A stretch of DNA of 64,000 nt from Nitrospirales bacterium (GCA_041737015.1 JBGSSO010000381.1:1304-65303); one strand, 5' to 3'. Positions 46,400-58,138 are shown, counted from the first letter of the stretch. Notes: generated by a model not told the origin, from the letters alone. Program-made: numbers and translations.

Positions 46400-47917
46400 G
46401 ATTCGCGCCCTTCCTCTCATGGATACACCACGTTGGGTTCAACCGGATTGACGACTTCTCGCATAGGCTTTGGTGGCTACCGGATCGACCTTGGAGTGGA
46501 AGACCACCGAAAGTCACTTGAAAAGTCTTTACAAGGCGGGTGCAACCTTATCGATACGTCCACCAATTATGCCGACGGTGGCAGCGAACGGTTGGTTGGT
46601 GTTGTGCTCAAGGATCTTATTGCTAAACAGGTTGTCTCTCGTGATGAAGTCATCGTGGTTTCAAAAATCGGCTATGTGCAGGGAAATAATCTTACGCGCG
46701 CTGAGGCCAGGGAACAAGCCGGCAAACCGTTTCCCGAGATGGTCAAATATGGCGAGGGTATCTGGCATTGTCTCCATCCTTCGTTTCTAGAAGAACAACT
46801 CATTCTGTCTCTTGACCGTCTGGGACTGGAAACCCTGGATATCTGCCTTCTGCACAATCCAGAATATTTTCTGTCCGATGCCAAGAACCGGAACTTGTCG
46901 ATTGATCCCATCAGACTTGAAGATCTCCGGCAGGAGTTTTATCGGCGCCTGCAACAGGCTTTTGCTTATCTGGAGACACAAATCGCCGACGGCCGGTTGC
47001 AATACTATGGAGTCTCCTCCAATACCTGCACGGCCAAACCCGATAATCCCGAAGGCACCTCACTCTCTCGCATGCTCAATGCCGCTGAAGCCGCCGCGAA
47101 GCATGCCGGCATTCCTCACCATCATTTTCGTATACTGCAACTCCCGATGAATGTGTTTGAGGCGGGAGCTCTGCTCACGCCCAATACCGGCCACGAACAG
47201 TCGCAAACGGTCCTGGCATTCGCCCAGGAAGCCAACATTGCTATCTTGGTGAACCGACCCCTGAATGCCATTCCGGGAAAAGGCGGAGGCATGATCCGCC
47301 TCGCAGACCCCCAGGTGGAAATTTCCAATACAAACTTTGATGCCCAACAGCCAAAAGTCGCCGCGCTGGAGCACGACTACAAACAGGTGTTAGCACCCCA
47401 GATCCCCAAACCGGAAAAAGGGGCTGCTCCGCTGGACTATTTCAACTGGGCCGAAGAACTGAAACGAATTCGTCCGTCCATCCAAAATCTCGAGCACTGG
47501 GACCAAATCGAATCACAAACGATTGCTCCACATGCCAATCAGGTCTTCCAACTGCTCACCCGACATTTCGCAGGCAAAAAGGAAGAAGAACAAATATGGG
47601 AATCGTGGCGGGATCGCTATGTCCCTGAACTCGTCGCCCTCCTCAAGGTCATGCGCATGGAGGCCGCACAAAAAAGTGCGAAGAAACTCTCTGAAATTCG
47701 TATGCTCATTGACCCCCTAATACCAGAATCCAAAAGGGAAGAACCCTTTGCCCGTAAAGCCCTCTGGGCGGTTGCCAGTATCCCCGGTGTAACCTGTGTG
47801 CTCAATGGCATGCGACACCCTGTCTATGTCGATGACTCCCTGACCATCCTGACATGGGAACCGCTCTCTCAACCCAGACCACTATTCGAGACCATTCATA
47901 CATCCGAGATTCCCTGA
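46400..47917 (+). CDS. Aldo/keto reductase domain, in frame with the upstream gene across a single TAG
   Basis: IGFGGYR, NLIDTSTNY, VVSKIGY, LDICLLHNPE; no ATG or RBS of its own (ORF-track start is TTG 46433). Confidence 0.85.
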   Translation, partial: DSRPSSHGYTTLGSTGLTTSRIGFGGYRIDLGVEDHRKSLEKSLQGGCNLIDTSTNYADGGSERLVGVVLKDLIAKQVVSRDEVIVVSKIGYVQGNNLTRAEAREQAGKPFPEMVKYGEGIWHCLHPSFLEEQLILSLDRLGLETLDICLLHNPEYFLSDAKNRNLSIDPIRLEDLRQEFYRRLQQAFAYLETQIADGRLQYYGVSSNTCTAKPDNPEGTSLSRMLNAAEAAAKHAGIPHHHFRILQLPMNVFEAGALLTPNTGHEQSQTVLAFAQEANIAILVNRPLNAIPGKGGGMIRLADPQVEISNTNFDAQQPKVAALEHDYKQVLAPQIPKPEKGAAPLDYFNWAEELKRIRPSIQNLEHWDQIESQTIAPHANQVFQLLTRHFAGKKEEEQIWESWRDRYVPELVALLKVMRMEAAQKSAKKLSEIRMLIDPLIPESKREEPFARKALWAVASIPGVTCVLNGMRHPVYVDDSLTILTWEPLSQPRPLFETIHTSEIP

Positions 47918-48003
47918 TGCTCCATCCTGTATTATTTATAATTTGAAAATGAAACCAAGTTTCATTATTGCCAACAAACTCTAATATTTGATAAGTTTGT
48001 TTT

Positions 48004-48765
48004 ATGGAAACAATTGGACCATTAATCGGGCTTGGCGCGATTGCGGGAGTTTTCCCGATTTATCTTGGCATCGCCTTGGCCTTGATAGTTGCAAAGGCCA
48101 TGAGCAGGTCTTGGGAAGGCTATTTAACCGGAATTGCCACCGGTGTACTTGTCTATCTCTTTTTTGACCTCATGCACGAAGCCGTGGAATTCACGGGCGC
48201 GACAGATGTGCTTTCGTGGGTCGCCTTTCTCGGAAGCTTGTTGATCGGGTTTGTGGGACTGGTGCTCATTGAACAACGCCAGCAGGGTCGGAACCGGACA
48301 GAGCCATCCAAGCTATTCCTCCCCTACATGATTGCCTTAGGAATGGGCCTACATAATTTGGGCGAAGGTCTGGCGATCGGTGCCGCCTACATGCAGGGCG
48401 AATGGGTATTAAGTGGGGTCCTCATTATGGGGTTCGCTTTACACAATGGGACGGAAGGATTTGCCATCATCGGCTCGGCTGGAAAATCAAGACCGAGTCT
48501 TAAAGATATCATCTTAATGGGATTGCTGGCAGGTCTGCCAACTTGTCTGGGGACTTTAATCAGCGGATTCGCGGTGTCTCATTACTTTACCATCATGTTT
48601 TTTGCGTTAGCTGCGGGCTCGCTGTTATATGTGATCTTTTCCTTAACCACGATTTTCTATACCGCCACCCGCCGGGTCCAATCGGCCTATGGAGTCTTCA
48701 CTGGTATCAGTCTCATGTTCCTCACGGCCATGGTTCTGCAGATCGTCAGCGGCATCCGCACGTAA
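48004..48765 (+). CDS. ZIP family metal (Zn/Fe/Mn) transporter
   Basis: HNLGEGLAIG and HNGTEG motifs; about 8 TM segments. Confidence 0.9.
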   Translation: METIGPLIGLGAIAGVFPIYLGIALALIVAKAMSRSWEGYLTGIATGVLVYLFFDLMHEAVEFTGATDVLSWVAFLGSLLIGFVGLVLIEQRQQGRNRTEPSKLFLPYMIALGMGLHNLGEGLAIGAAYMQGEWVLSGVLIMGFALHNGTEGFAIIGSAGKSRPSLKDIILMGLLAGLPTCLGTLISGFAVSHYFTIMFFALAAGSLLYVIFSLTTIFYTATRRVQSAYGVFTGISLMFLTAMVLQIVSGIRT

Positions 48766-49000
48766 GAAGGCGACTGGCTGAAGCCTAGCCCACCTGGAAA
48801 TTCCGGCGGCTTCCAAGTTCGCTGCAAGTCCTTCTTGACGACTACCCTCTTTCTTTTTACACAAGAAAAAACGCCTAGTCTCTTCCTCTTAGATTGGGAT
48901 CGAAAATCACGTTTCCAATATTGGCCTGATCTTTCTGATCCCCCATCGTGAATTCTCCATCACGGGTAAAGATTTCTTGATATCCCCCAAGGCTTCTTAA

Positions 49001-49729
49001 CTAATCCTGGTCACATACATGAGGATACTCCCTTGCCAACTGTTCATAGATTGGCGGGTCTAGTCGAGCCTGCCGCAAGGATCTGGCTTTTGACAATTGG
49101 AGGAGAGTCATGTTGTAAAGAGCCTGAAGATTGGCCTCCTGCAAATTCACCTGAATCAGTGAAGCCTGTTCAACATTTGCACCCCCTAGATTCGCTTGCT
49201 TGAGATTGGCCTGCGCCAGGTCAGCACGACCAAGATTGGCGTCAGCGAGATCTGCCTGGCCCAGATTTGCCTCTCGAAGCTTACATCCCAGCAAATTGGC
49301 CTCAATGAGTTTTGCACCTTGCAAATTGGCCAAGTGAAGATTCGCTTCAGTCAGATTCGCTTTTGTAAGATTTGCCCCTGTCAAATCCGTTTTGGCTAGG
49401 TGTGCACGCTCAAGATTCGCCCGTATGAGTATGACCCGGAGAAGATCAGCGTCACTCACATTCGCATTTTCCAAGTTCGCGCCGGTCAAATTCGCTTCCA
49501 ACAAACTGGACTCCGTCAAATTAGCCCCTGACAATATGGCACCTGAAAGATCCGCGTGATTAAAATTGACATCTTGCAGGTTGGCACCAGCCAAATCGAC
49601 ACAGGACAATTCCAGTTTTGAAAAATTCCCACCACTCAAATCTATGCGAATGGAAGGATTCGCCTTTCTCCATGCATTCCATACGGCCACACCCCCCTTG
49701 ATGAGCTTCAATTGCTCTTGATTCGCCAT
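49001..49729 (-). CDS. Pentapeptide-repeat protein
   Basis: Long A(N/D)Lxx array; N-terminal MANxExLK..GxxxWNAWRK cap. Confidence 0.92.
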   Translation of the reverse strand: MANQEQLKLIKGGVAVWNAWRKANPSIRIDLSGGNFSKLELSCVDLAGANLQDVNFNHADLSGAILSGANLTESSLLEANLTGANLENANVSDADLLRVILIRANLERAHLAKTDLTGANLTKANLTEANLHLANLQGAKLIEANLLGCKLREANLGQADLADANLGRADLAQANLKQANLGGANVEQASLIQVNLQEANLQALYNMTLLQLSKARSLRQARLDPPIYEQLAREYPHVCDQD

Positions 49730-49992
49730 GAGACTCCTTTTATGCCAACAACCCGTCTTGATAAAATCATTTATCTGTGGCTTAACCGTATATCCTCAAC
49801 GATGGCCTAAAACGTTAATACACTATTCTATACCCTTCTCTTCCAGACATGGGGGAATAGATCAAACTCCTCAGCAGTTGCGGATACGGGAATTCTATCG
49901 TAAAACGTCCCAGATGGCTTCACGAAGTGCCTAAAGGGCCAATCATGAGGGAGATCCTGAAGTCCACATAGCAGGTTGTAGGAAAACCCTGT

Positions 49993-52554
49993 TTATCGAT
50001 TCCATATCCGAGTCCAATTGGCCCATTCCTCCCTCCACATACCCGGGCCAGCTTGAACCTGGTGCAGGTTTCCCTCCCTCGCTGTTCTCACCGTCATGGC
50101 GCCTGAACCGGGAGTGGCGGTAAACCAGACCGCCCCATCGCGATCCGTCCGGTATAAAGGAAGGCCTCGCTGTTCATACGCATCCAGCACCTCAGGAGCC
50201 GGATGTCCATACCGGTTGTGGGCACCCACCGAAACAACCATCGCTTCAGCTTGAAGCCGATTCACCCATTCACGATGCAGAGAACTTTTCGCTCCATGAT
50301 GCGGCACTTTCACGATGCGAGCAGAAAAACCATTGGATACGTGTAGTAATTCATCAAGAGATTGCTGTTCCGCATCTGCCGTGAACAAAAATGAATGCGT
50401 CCCGCACTCGAGCCTGGTGACAAGCGATCGATTATTGAGATCCTTTCCCCTAGACATTGTCCAGGCAATATTCCCCTCCGTCCCTTGACTGACGAAAGGA
50501 CTCAGCACAGTCAGAGAACAAGGTCCCGGGCTGACAATGACAGTTCCTGCTGTACTCGTCTGTTCCTGAAGTCCGGCAGATTTTACCGCCAAGTGGAGCC
50601 GAGAAAAAAATCGTTCAGGCCGAGAGGCGCCATTATCCCAATACTGTCCCACTTCAAACGTGTCCAATACCCACGGCAATCCGCCGACATGATCCCATTG
50701 CGGGTGCGTCGCGACCACATGATCCAGCCGCCGGATACCCTGATTCCAGAGATACGGCCCGATGACCGCACGTCCCATATCCAATCGTCGATAAGATGGT
50801 CCGCCATCGATTAACACGGTTTGACCGTCGGGTAATTCAATGAGGGTGGCATCACCTTGTCCCACATCCAGGAACGTGACTCGTAGGGTTCCCGGATCCC
50901 ATCCTGTACGTGGCGACCATCCCCACCACAGCAGAATCACGAGCAGGATTGTGCCACACCCCCATCGGATCAAATGCCAATGCCACATGACCACAACCCC
51001 GGCCAGCATTCCCCAAAAGACGATCATCGAACTCAAGCTCGGCGATGCGACATACCAGGCCGCTCCAGGAACATGTGAGAGCATCATCACGACCTGCGCA
51101 AGCCAATCAAAGACCCATTGATTCACACTGGGCAGAGGAAGAGTTACTCCTCCCCCCACTAAGACGATTATCCCGGACAACAAACCCAGAGGAATCATCA
51201 TCGCGCCAACCAAGGGCACAATCACCATATTAGCCAATAACCCCAGCCACGGTATTTGATGAAAGTCATGGGCGACCAAAGGCAAAGTGGTCAAGGTGAC
51301 TGCGAGGGTGATCAGCCAGGCTAGGACGGCCTTATGCCAGAGACCCAAGAGCCCTGTCGGTTTTGCTGGTGGGAAGGCTGCATCTAATCCGGATAGGTTG
51401 GATTCCTTCTCTTTTCGGACCAGGACCACGAGGGCAATGGCAGCAACTGAGAGATATGATAACTGGAAAGAAATATCCTGAATGGCCTCAGGATGCGGCA
51501 ATACCATAAGAAGCGCAGCTAGAGCTAACGCGGTCAACAGATTGCGTTCCCTTCCCAACCATATGCCGACACAACACACCACGATCATGATCCATGAGCG
51601 GACCGTCGCCATTTCCGCCCCCGCCAGCAAGGTATAAAAGGAGACGGCCGGCACTGTGATGAGGACCGCAAACCGTGTGGCGGTGAGTCGCAACGAAAGT
51701 TGTTCCAACCAGAATGTCGGTAACTGGCGCAGACTCCATCGCGCTCCAGCAAAAATCAACAAGGCCAATAACCCTAAATGAGATCCAGAGATCGAGAGAA
51801 TATGCACGGTTCCGCTGGCCATAAATGCGTCTCGAATGTCCGGCTCAATATAACTTTGCTCTCCCAATACCATCCCTAGGAATAATCCCAATGCAGGATT
51901 TGTGAGACTGGAGACCGCCGCATGATGAATCGTTTGGCGCCAGCGATCGACAACACCTAAGATGAACTCACGTGTGGTCCCCTCTTGGGTGCGCTGAGCC
52001 CTGAGGGCTTCCGGGCCTTGCACGGTCGCGACAGCATGAATTCCTTGCCGTTTCAGGTATTGCCCATAATGAAACCCGCCAGGGTTCATAGTTCCATAGG
52101 GCTCGCGTACTCGGGCCATAAAGGCGACATGATCCCCATAGATCAATGTAGAATCACCAGGTTCCCGCCAGGTGAGACGGATTCGCCCATGAGCCACCTG
52201 GTTCTCTCCCTGCTTCACCATTCTGGTCGCGTCCACCAGCAAAACTAGCCCATCCGGAGTCTGTCGGACCGGTGCCACAATGGTTCCTTCAAGAAAGATG
52301 GGCTGTTCCTCCGCCTCGACAACCAAATTCGAATCCCACTGCGCGGTCGACGCCCAATAAGCATGGCCGATTCCTCCCACCACAAGGGCAAACAGGATGA
52401 ACCCCGTCTGTCGAGTCACACGCCTCTGTTGTTCAAACCAGGTGAGGATGCAGCCAAAAATAAGAAGAGCCCCCAAAAGTGACAGGGGGAACGGGGTAAG
52501 AAACGGGCCAAACCACAGCCCGATGAGGTAGGACACCACTCCAAGGAGTATCAC
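49993..52554 (-). CDS. comEC: DNA internalisation competence protein ComEC/Rec2
   Basis: HILSISGSHLG; SFQLSY; metallo-beta-lactamase domain (FLDVGQGDA, THPQWDHVGG, KVPHHG). Confidence 0.95.
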   Translation of the reverse strand: MILLGVVSYLIGLWFGPFLTPFPLSLLGALLIFGCILTWFEQQRRVTRQTGFILFALVVGGIGHAYWASTAQWDSNLVVEAEEQPIFLEGTIVAPVRQTPDGLVLLVDATRMVKQGENQVAHGRIRLTWREPGDSTLIYGDHVAFMARVREPYGTMNPGGFHYGQYLKRQGIHAVATVQGPEALRAQRTQEGTTREFILGVVDRWRQTIHHAAVSSLTNPALGLFLGMVLGEQSYIEPDIRDAFMASGTVHILSISGSHLGLLALLIFAGARWSLRQLPTFWLEQLSLRLTATRFAVLITVPAVSFYTLLAGAEMATVRSWIMIVVCCVGIWLGRERNLLTALALAALLMVLPHPEAIQDISFQLSYLSVAAIALVVLVRKEKESNLSGLDAAFPPAKPTGLLGLWHKAVLAWLITLAVTLTTLPLVAHDFHQIPWLGLLANMVIVPLVGAMMIPLGLLSGIIVLVGGGVTLPLPSVNQWVFDWLAQVVMMLSHVPGAAWYVASPSLSSMIVFWGMLAGVVVMWHWHLIRWGCGTILLVILLWWGWSPRTGWDPGTLRVTFLDVGQGDATLIELPDGQTVLIDGGPSYRRLDMGRAVIGPYLWNQGIRRLDHVVATHPQWDHVGGLPWVLDTFEVGQYWDNGASRPERFFSRLHLAVKSAGLQEQTSTAGTVIVSPGPCSLTVLSPFVSQGTEGNIAWTMSRGKDLNNRSLVTRLECGTHSFLFTADAEQQSLDELLHVSNGFSARIVKVPHHGAKSSLHREWVNRLQAEAMVVSVGAHNRYGHPAPEVLDAYEQRGLPLYRTDRDGAVWFTATPGSGAMTVRTAREGNLHQVQAGPGMWREEWANWTRIWNR

Positions 52555-52818
52555 ATAGGACAGCGCATATGGTTAATGAAACTCTTCATCAAGACCGACG
52601 GCAACGGCTTCCATTTCCACAGCCCCCATAACAAGATGCAGGTTATGGTAATCCACTGCCCCTGATGGCCTTGCCCGTAAAAGAAACCTGTACTCAACGC
52701 AAATCTTCATGAAGCTGGTGAGCAAAGAGACCTGATCAACCACTGTTTCTGCTTCTGACTAAATGACAAATCGTTCAGTGGAGCGAACAGCCGAACGAAG
52801 GGAGAGACCTCATGGTCC

Positions 52819-54168
52819 CTACTGAATGCAGGACTTCACCACCGTGATTAAATCTTCCGCAATCTCCTGAATGACTTGGCTATCTTGCCCTTCGACCATC
52901 ACTCGCAGCAACGGTTCCGTACCGGAATAGCGTACAAGAATCCGTCCGGTTCCATTCAGCACCCGCTCTTTGTCTTGAATAGCCTCCTGTAACCGTGGAA
53001 GGGTCTGCAGGTCAGGCTTGCGGGGAACGGTGACCCCCACCAACACTTGAGGTGTAGAATGCATACACATGGCAATTTCCGACAGTGGTTTTTGAGCCCG
53101 CTTCATCAGCTTCAGCATTTGTAAGCCGGAGATCATTCCATCACCGCTCGTATGATAATCCATAAAGATCATATGGCCGGATTGTTCTCCACCCAGATTA
53201 TAATCTTCTGCCACCATTCGCTCCAAGATGTATCGATCCCCTACAGCCGTTCGTATCAAATTAATACCCGCCTCTCGCATGCAGACCTCAAACCCAAAAT
53301 TACTCATTACGGTTCCGACCACCGTATTGTGTCGTAATCGGCCTAGCCGTTTGAGGTCAAGAGCAAACGCCGCCAGGGCATGATCTCCATCGACCACCTG
53401 TCCCTGCTCACAGACAAACAAGGCCCGATCCGCGTCTCCGTCCAAGGCAATACCGAGGTCTGCCTTCCGGTCTCGAACCATCTGCTGTAATCGTTCCGGA
53501 TGCACCGCACCACACCCGTCATTAATATTGAGACCGTCAGGTTCATTGCCCATCACCCAGACCTTCGCGCCTAGTTCATGAATGACCTTTGGGAAAACGT
53601 GATAAGCTGCTCCATGGGCACAATCCAAGACAATTCGCATATTCTGAAAATCCATTTCACGGGGAAGCGAACGCTTGACGAACTCAATATATCGTCCTTC
53701 GGCATCATCAATGCGATAGGCTTTCCCGATGGCCTCGGCGGTCGGTCGAATATGCTCAATTTCATTGGAAAGAATAAGATCCTCAATACGATGTTCCAGT
53801 TCATCCGGCAACTTCATCCCGTCATTCGAAAAAAATTTTATGCCATTATCCTGATAGGGATTGTGAGAAGCAGAAATCATCACCCCGGCATCGGCTCTCA
53901 GGCTACGGGTCATGAATGCAATTGCTGGGGTCGGTAAGGGTCCGACTAATAAGACATCTACACCCATTGAGCACAATCCGGCAGTTAAGGCCGACTCCAG
54001 CATATACCCGGACACACGAGTATCTTTGCCAATGATGATTTTAAGTCGTCCATCACGTTTACGAAAAACATGGGCCGCCGCCCGTCCTAATTTCATGGCC
54101 ATTTCGCTAGTCATCGGATCCAGGTTCGCGACCCCGCGCACCCCATCCGTACCGAATAGTTTCCCCAT
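52819..54168 (-). CDS. glmM: Phosphoglucosamine mutase
   Basis: KLFGTDGVRG, ISASHNP, DGDADR, GGEQSGH, RYSGTEP. Confidence 0.97.
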   Translation of the reverse strand: MGKLFGTDGVRGVANLDPMTSEMAMKLGRAAAHVFRKRDGRLKIIIGKDTRVSGYMLESALTAGLCSMGVDVLLVGPLPTPAIAFMTRSLRADAGVMISASHNPYQDNGIKFFSNDGMKLPDELEHRIEDLILSNEIEHIRPTAEAIGKAYRIDDAEGRYIEFVKRSLPREMDFQNMRIVLDCAHGAAYHVFPKVIHELGAKVWVMGNEPDGLNINDGCGAVHPERLQQMVRDRKADLGIALDGDADRALFVCEQGQVVDGDHALAAFALDLKRLGRLRHNTVVGTVMSNFGFEVCMREAGINLIRTAVGDRYILERMVAEDYNLGGEQSGHMIFMDYHTSGDGMISGLQMLKLMKRAQKPLSEIAMCMHSTPQVLVGVTVPRKPDLQTLPRLQEAIQDKERVLNGTGRILVRYSGTEPLLRVMVEGQDSQVIQEIAEDLITVVKSCIQ

Positions 54169-54420
54169 GTGGTTTCCTTTTCTTTCTTAGTAATGAGCGC
54201 TGGACTTAAAACAATGTGAGTAGCGGAGAATTTGTCCTGTCTCTCCACTCATAAGCGCATCAACGGCTTGGGAGGAAAATTCAAAAATTTCATTCCAATC
54301 AAGGACATTCATTGTTTGCGGCCCCACCCAGGTGCGACCTTTGGGCATAGGCGCATCACGACGGTTATAAGCAGAACAAAGCGGCGGATACGCCGCTGGG
54401 AGAGATCTTACCACCCTATA

Positions 54421-55302
54421 TTACTTGTCGCACGAATTTTGTAAAGCTTGAGCCACCTTAATAGCATCGTGCATGGCGCCCACCTCATGGACTCGTACAA
54501 TATGTGCCCCCTGCCAGACAGCCGCCGCCACAGCAACGGCATTCCCGAATTCTCGTTCACCAACCGGCTTTCCAGTTAACGTGCCGATAAAGGCTTTCCG
54601 TGATACCCCAATTAAAATAGGCTGTCCCAAGGTAAGCAACTCCCCAATGTTACAAAGAATCTCCAAATTATGATTAAGGGTTTTCCCAAACCCGATTCCC
54701 GGATCAACCATAATATGATCTGCCGGAATTCCCATAGACTTGGCCATGGAGACCCGTTCAGACAAAAAGTCCTTTATCTCACCCACGACATCTTTATATT
54801 GCGGGGCATGCTGCATATTTACGCTATGGCCTTGCCGATGCATGAGGACAACCCCCGCTCCGGATTCTTGAATTAATTGAGCCATCCGAGGATCATCTTG
54901 AAGAGCGCTCACATCATTGATGATATCGGCCCCGAGATCCAACGCCCTCCGAGCCACGCCAGCTTTCCGTGTATCAATAGAAAGTGCGATATTGGTGAGT
55001 TTTCTCAACACCGTCAGAATGGGAGAAATTCTTTTTATTTCCTCATTCTCGTCCACATATGACGCTCCAGGCCTCGTCGATTCTCCCCCGATATCAATCA
55101 AGTCCGCTCCCTCGGCAATCATCTGTTGTGCTCGTTCAATCGCCGCCTCAGAGTTGAGGCAGCGTCCACCATCAGAAAATGAATCCGGGGTCACGTTCAA
55201 AATACCCATGATTAACACATTTGACCCAATGGGGATCGTCTTTTCCCGGCATCGGATTGCAGGAAAAGCGGACTTTGGGACAGCCACGGATTTCATGCCC
55301 AT
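54421..55302 (-). CDS. folP: Dihydropteroate synthase
   Basis: MGILNVTPDSFSDGG, DIGGESTRPG, DPGIGFGK, SRKAF. Confidence 0.97.
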   Translation of the reverse strand: MGMKSVAVPKSAFPAIRCREKTIPIGSNVLIMGILNVTPDSFSDGGRCLNSEAAIERAQQMIAEGADLIDIGGESTRPGASYVDENEEIKRISPILTVLRKLTNIALSIDTRKAGVARRALDLGADIINDVSALQDDPRMAQLIQESGAGVVLMHRQGHSVNMQHAPQYKDVVGEIKDFLSERVSMAKSMGIPADHIMVDPGIGFGKTLNHNLEILCNIGELLTLGQPILIGVSRKAFIGTLTGKPVGEREFGNAVAVAAAVWQGAHIVRVHEVGAMHDAIKVAQALQNSCDK

Positions 55303-55648
55303 ATGCCGTCAACCAACTCATTGTCATGATGGATTTTAAAAATCAAATAGGGCATTCTGCCTTATAAATCCCAACGATTTGAATGGTGAGAGAAGCCTCG
55401 AACGGACAAAGAATAGAGGGGTAAAGTTTGGTAGATAAGTTCTCTAGGGAAAACCCCCACAATGGTGGTGGGCCCAATTAACATGCTCTAAACCTACGGT
55501 GGATAGAGAAACATGATCTCAAGGGGAACAAGGGGTTCCACCTTTTGAGGTTTCCATAACAAAAGGGGATGGGGGGAAAATAAACCAGCTCAGCCTGGAA
55601 CTAAAATTACCTGGCTATTCTGAATAAGAAAAATATTTGGAAATCTCG

Positions 55649-57466
55649 TTACACTGCCGCAGCTTGCTCAAGGGAAGATGACTGTTGAACAATTTTTTCA
55701 ATTTCTATGCCGTCTAACACCTCTTTCTCCAACAACGCTTCAGCGATGGCCCGTAATGTATGAATGTGCTCGGTTAGCATCCTGGTCGTTCGTTCATAAG
55801 ATTCAACCACAAGCCGTTTGACTTCCTTGTCAATCTCTAAAGCGACTTGATCACTAAAATCTCGACGTGAGCCAAAATCACGCCCCAAGAAAACTTCCTC
55901 GTCTTTTTTTCCAAATGTCAATGGACCTAATTTTTCACTCATACCCCATTCGCAAACCATTTTTCTAGCTAAATCAGTGGCCCGCTCAATATCGTTCCCA
56001 GCTCCAGTTGTCACACTTTTAAAGATCAATTCTTCTGCAACGCGCCCACCAAACAGAATAGAGAGTGTATTGTACAAAAAGTCCTTCGAGTAACTATGTC
56101 GGTCATCGATGGGCAATTGCATTGTCATGCCCAACGCCCGTCCACGAGGGATAATGGTGACCTTATGAACAGGATCCGTTCCTGGTAAGAGTTTCGCCAT
56201 CAAAGCGTGGCCAGCCTCATGAAACGCCGTCGTGCGTTTTTCTTCCTCAGTTAGAACCATGCTCTTACGTTCAACACCCATTAAGACCTTATCTTTGGCG
56301 TTTTCGAAATCAATCTGGTCAACAGATTTTTTATCCAGGCGAGCGGCCCACAAGGCCGCTTCGTTAACCAGATTTTCCAAATCAGCCCCTGAAAAGCCTG
56401 GAGTTCCTCTGGCAATTTGCTCCAGATCCACATCTGACGAGACGGGGACTTTTTTAGTATGAACCTTGAGAATTTCCCCTCTCCCACGAACATCAGGACG
56501 ATTCACCACAACTTGCCGATCAAACCGGCCTGGTCGTAACAAGGCAGGATCCAGCACATCAGGTCTGTTGGTGGCCGCAATAAGGATCACGCCTTCCGTA
56601 GTATCAAATCCATCCATTTCAACTAATAATTGATTGAGTGTTTGCTCCCGTTCATCATGCCCTCCACCAAGACCTGCGCCACGCAATCGGCCTACGGCAT
56701 CAATTTCATCAATAAAGATGATACAGGGCGCATGCTTTTTCCCCTGTTCAAAGAGATCTCGAACCCGGGAAGCCCCAACTCCGACAAACATTTCTACAAA
56801 ATCTGATCCACTAATGCTGAAAAACGGCACACCAGCCTCACCGGCAATCGCTTTGGCCAACAAGGTTTTTCCAGTCCCTGGAGGCCCCACAATCAAGACT
56901 CCCTTAGGAATACGCCCACCTAATTTTTGGAATTTTGCAGGATCCTTTAAAAAGTCGATGATTTCCACCACTTCTTCTTTAGCCTCATCCACCCCCGCCA
57001 CATCCGCAAACGTGATTTTTTTCTTCTCTTCGGTTAGGAGGCGCGCGCGGCTTTTCCCAAAGGACATAGCCCGGTTGCCGCCCATCTGCATTTGACGCAT
57101 CAGGAAAAACCACAATCCCAAAAAGAGCACAAATGGTCCCCAAGAGAGCAGGAAGGTGATATACCAGGGATTATCTTCAGGTGGCTTAGCTTCAATTTGT
57201 ACGGATTTTTCCTGCAAAACTTTAACCAGATCTGGATACTCAACCGAATAGGTTTGGATCCTGGTACCATCTTTCAAAATCGCGCTGATATTATTGTTCT
57301 TGATGATAACTCGTTCAACATCCCCTTTTTCCAAGTGAGCCATAAAATCACTGAATATGACCGGATCTTCCGGGTGCTGATTGGGCACCGTGAAGAGGTT
57401 GAATAACAAAATCATGAATAAACACACAAATACCCAAAACAGTAAGTTTTTCACCCGAGAATTCAT
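55649..57466 (-). CDS. ftsH: ATP-dependent zinc metalloprotease FtsH
   Basis: Two TM segments; GPPGTGKT; HEAGH. Confidence 0.98.
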   Translation of the reverse strand: MNSRVKNLLFWVFVCLFMILLFNLFTVPNQHPEDPVIFSDFMAHLEKGDVERVIIKNNNISAILKDGTRIQTYSVEYPDLVKVLQEKSVQIEAKPPEDNPWYITFLLSWGPFVLFLGLWFFLMRQMQMGGNRAMSFGKSRARLLTEEKKKITFADVAGVDEAKEEVVEIIDFLKDPAKFQKLGGRIPKGVLIVGPPGTGKTLLAKAIAGEAGVPFFSISGSDFVEMFVGVGASRVRDLFEQGKKHAPCIIFIDEIDAVGRLRGAGLGGGHDEREQTLNQLLVEMDGFDTTEGVILIAATNRPDVLDPALLRPGRFDRQVVVNRPDVRGRGEILKVHTKKVPVSSDVDLEQIARGTPGFSGADLENLVNEAALWAARLDKKSVDQIDFENAKDKVLMGVERKSMVLTEEEKRTTAFHEAGHALMAKLLPGTDPVHKVTIIPRGRALGMTMQLPIDDRHSYSKDFLYNTLSILFGGRVAEELIFKSVTTGAGNDIERATDLARKMVCEWGMSEKLGPLTFGKKDEEVFLGRDFGSRRDFSDQVALEIDKEVKRLVVESYERTTRMLTEHIHTLRAIAEALLEKEVLDGIEIEKIVQQSSSLEQAAAV

Positions 57467-57574
57467 ACCGAGGGTAACCCCCTTAGCAATTCAAATGTCA
57501 TAAAGAACCATACCGTCCAGCCATTAGCTTAACCAATTGATTCTATCACGCACTTTTTAGAACTGACAACCGCA

Positions 57575-58138
57575 TCAAGACTGCGAGTCTTCTCGAACCA
57601 ACTTTGGATCGAGTTTGGCCAGGTAGGGAAGATTTCGATATTTTTGCTTAAAATCCAGCCCATATCCCACAACATAGGTCGATGGCACTTCAAACCCCAC
57701 ATACCGCAAATCAACCTCCACCTTGCGATTAGCCGGCTTACTAATCAACGCGCAGACAGCCACAGAGGCTGGCTTCTTCTTCATCAAGGTTTTGACTAAA
57801 AACTGAGCGGTCACTCCAGAATCCACGATATCTTCTACCAGCAACACATGGCGGTTATTGATCTTTTCGGTCAACTCTGACCACACTTTCACCTTTTTGG
57901 CCGAACTCCCGATTGTTTTGTGACTTTTGGCAATCAGAAAATCAATCTGAATCGGCAATCGGATGACACGAACCAGGTCAGCAAAAAACACATAGGCTCC
58001 CTTGAGGACCCCAACAACCAAAAGATCCTTATCTTGATAATCCTGAGAAATTTGCTTTCCCAAGTCCTTAATGCGAGCCCTCATGGCTTCTTGTGTAACG
58101 AGTGGTTTTCCAAAAATTTGATCCATAGAGACTTCCAT
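57575..58138 (-). CDS. hpt: Hypoxanthine phosphoribosyltransferase
   Basis: LLVEDIVDSGVT, YVVGYGLD; tilS-hpt-ftsH order. Confidence 0.93.
   Translation of the reverse strand: MEVSMDQIFGKPLVTQEAMRARIKDLGKQISQDYQDKDLLVVGVLKGAYVFFADLVRVIRLPIQIDFLIAKSHKTIGSSAKKVKVWSELTEKINNRHVLLVEDIVDSGVTAQFLVKTLMKKKPASVAVCALISKPANRKVEVDLRYVGFEVPSTYVVGYGLDFKQKYRNLPYLAKLDPKLVREDSQS

Noticed and set aside
52625-52650. CCATAAC-9 nt-GTTATGG, resembling attC core sites
   Set aside because: Far too short for an attC and lacks L boxes
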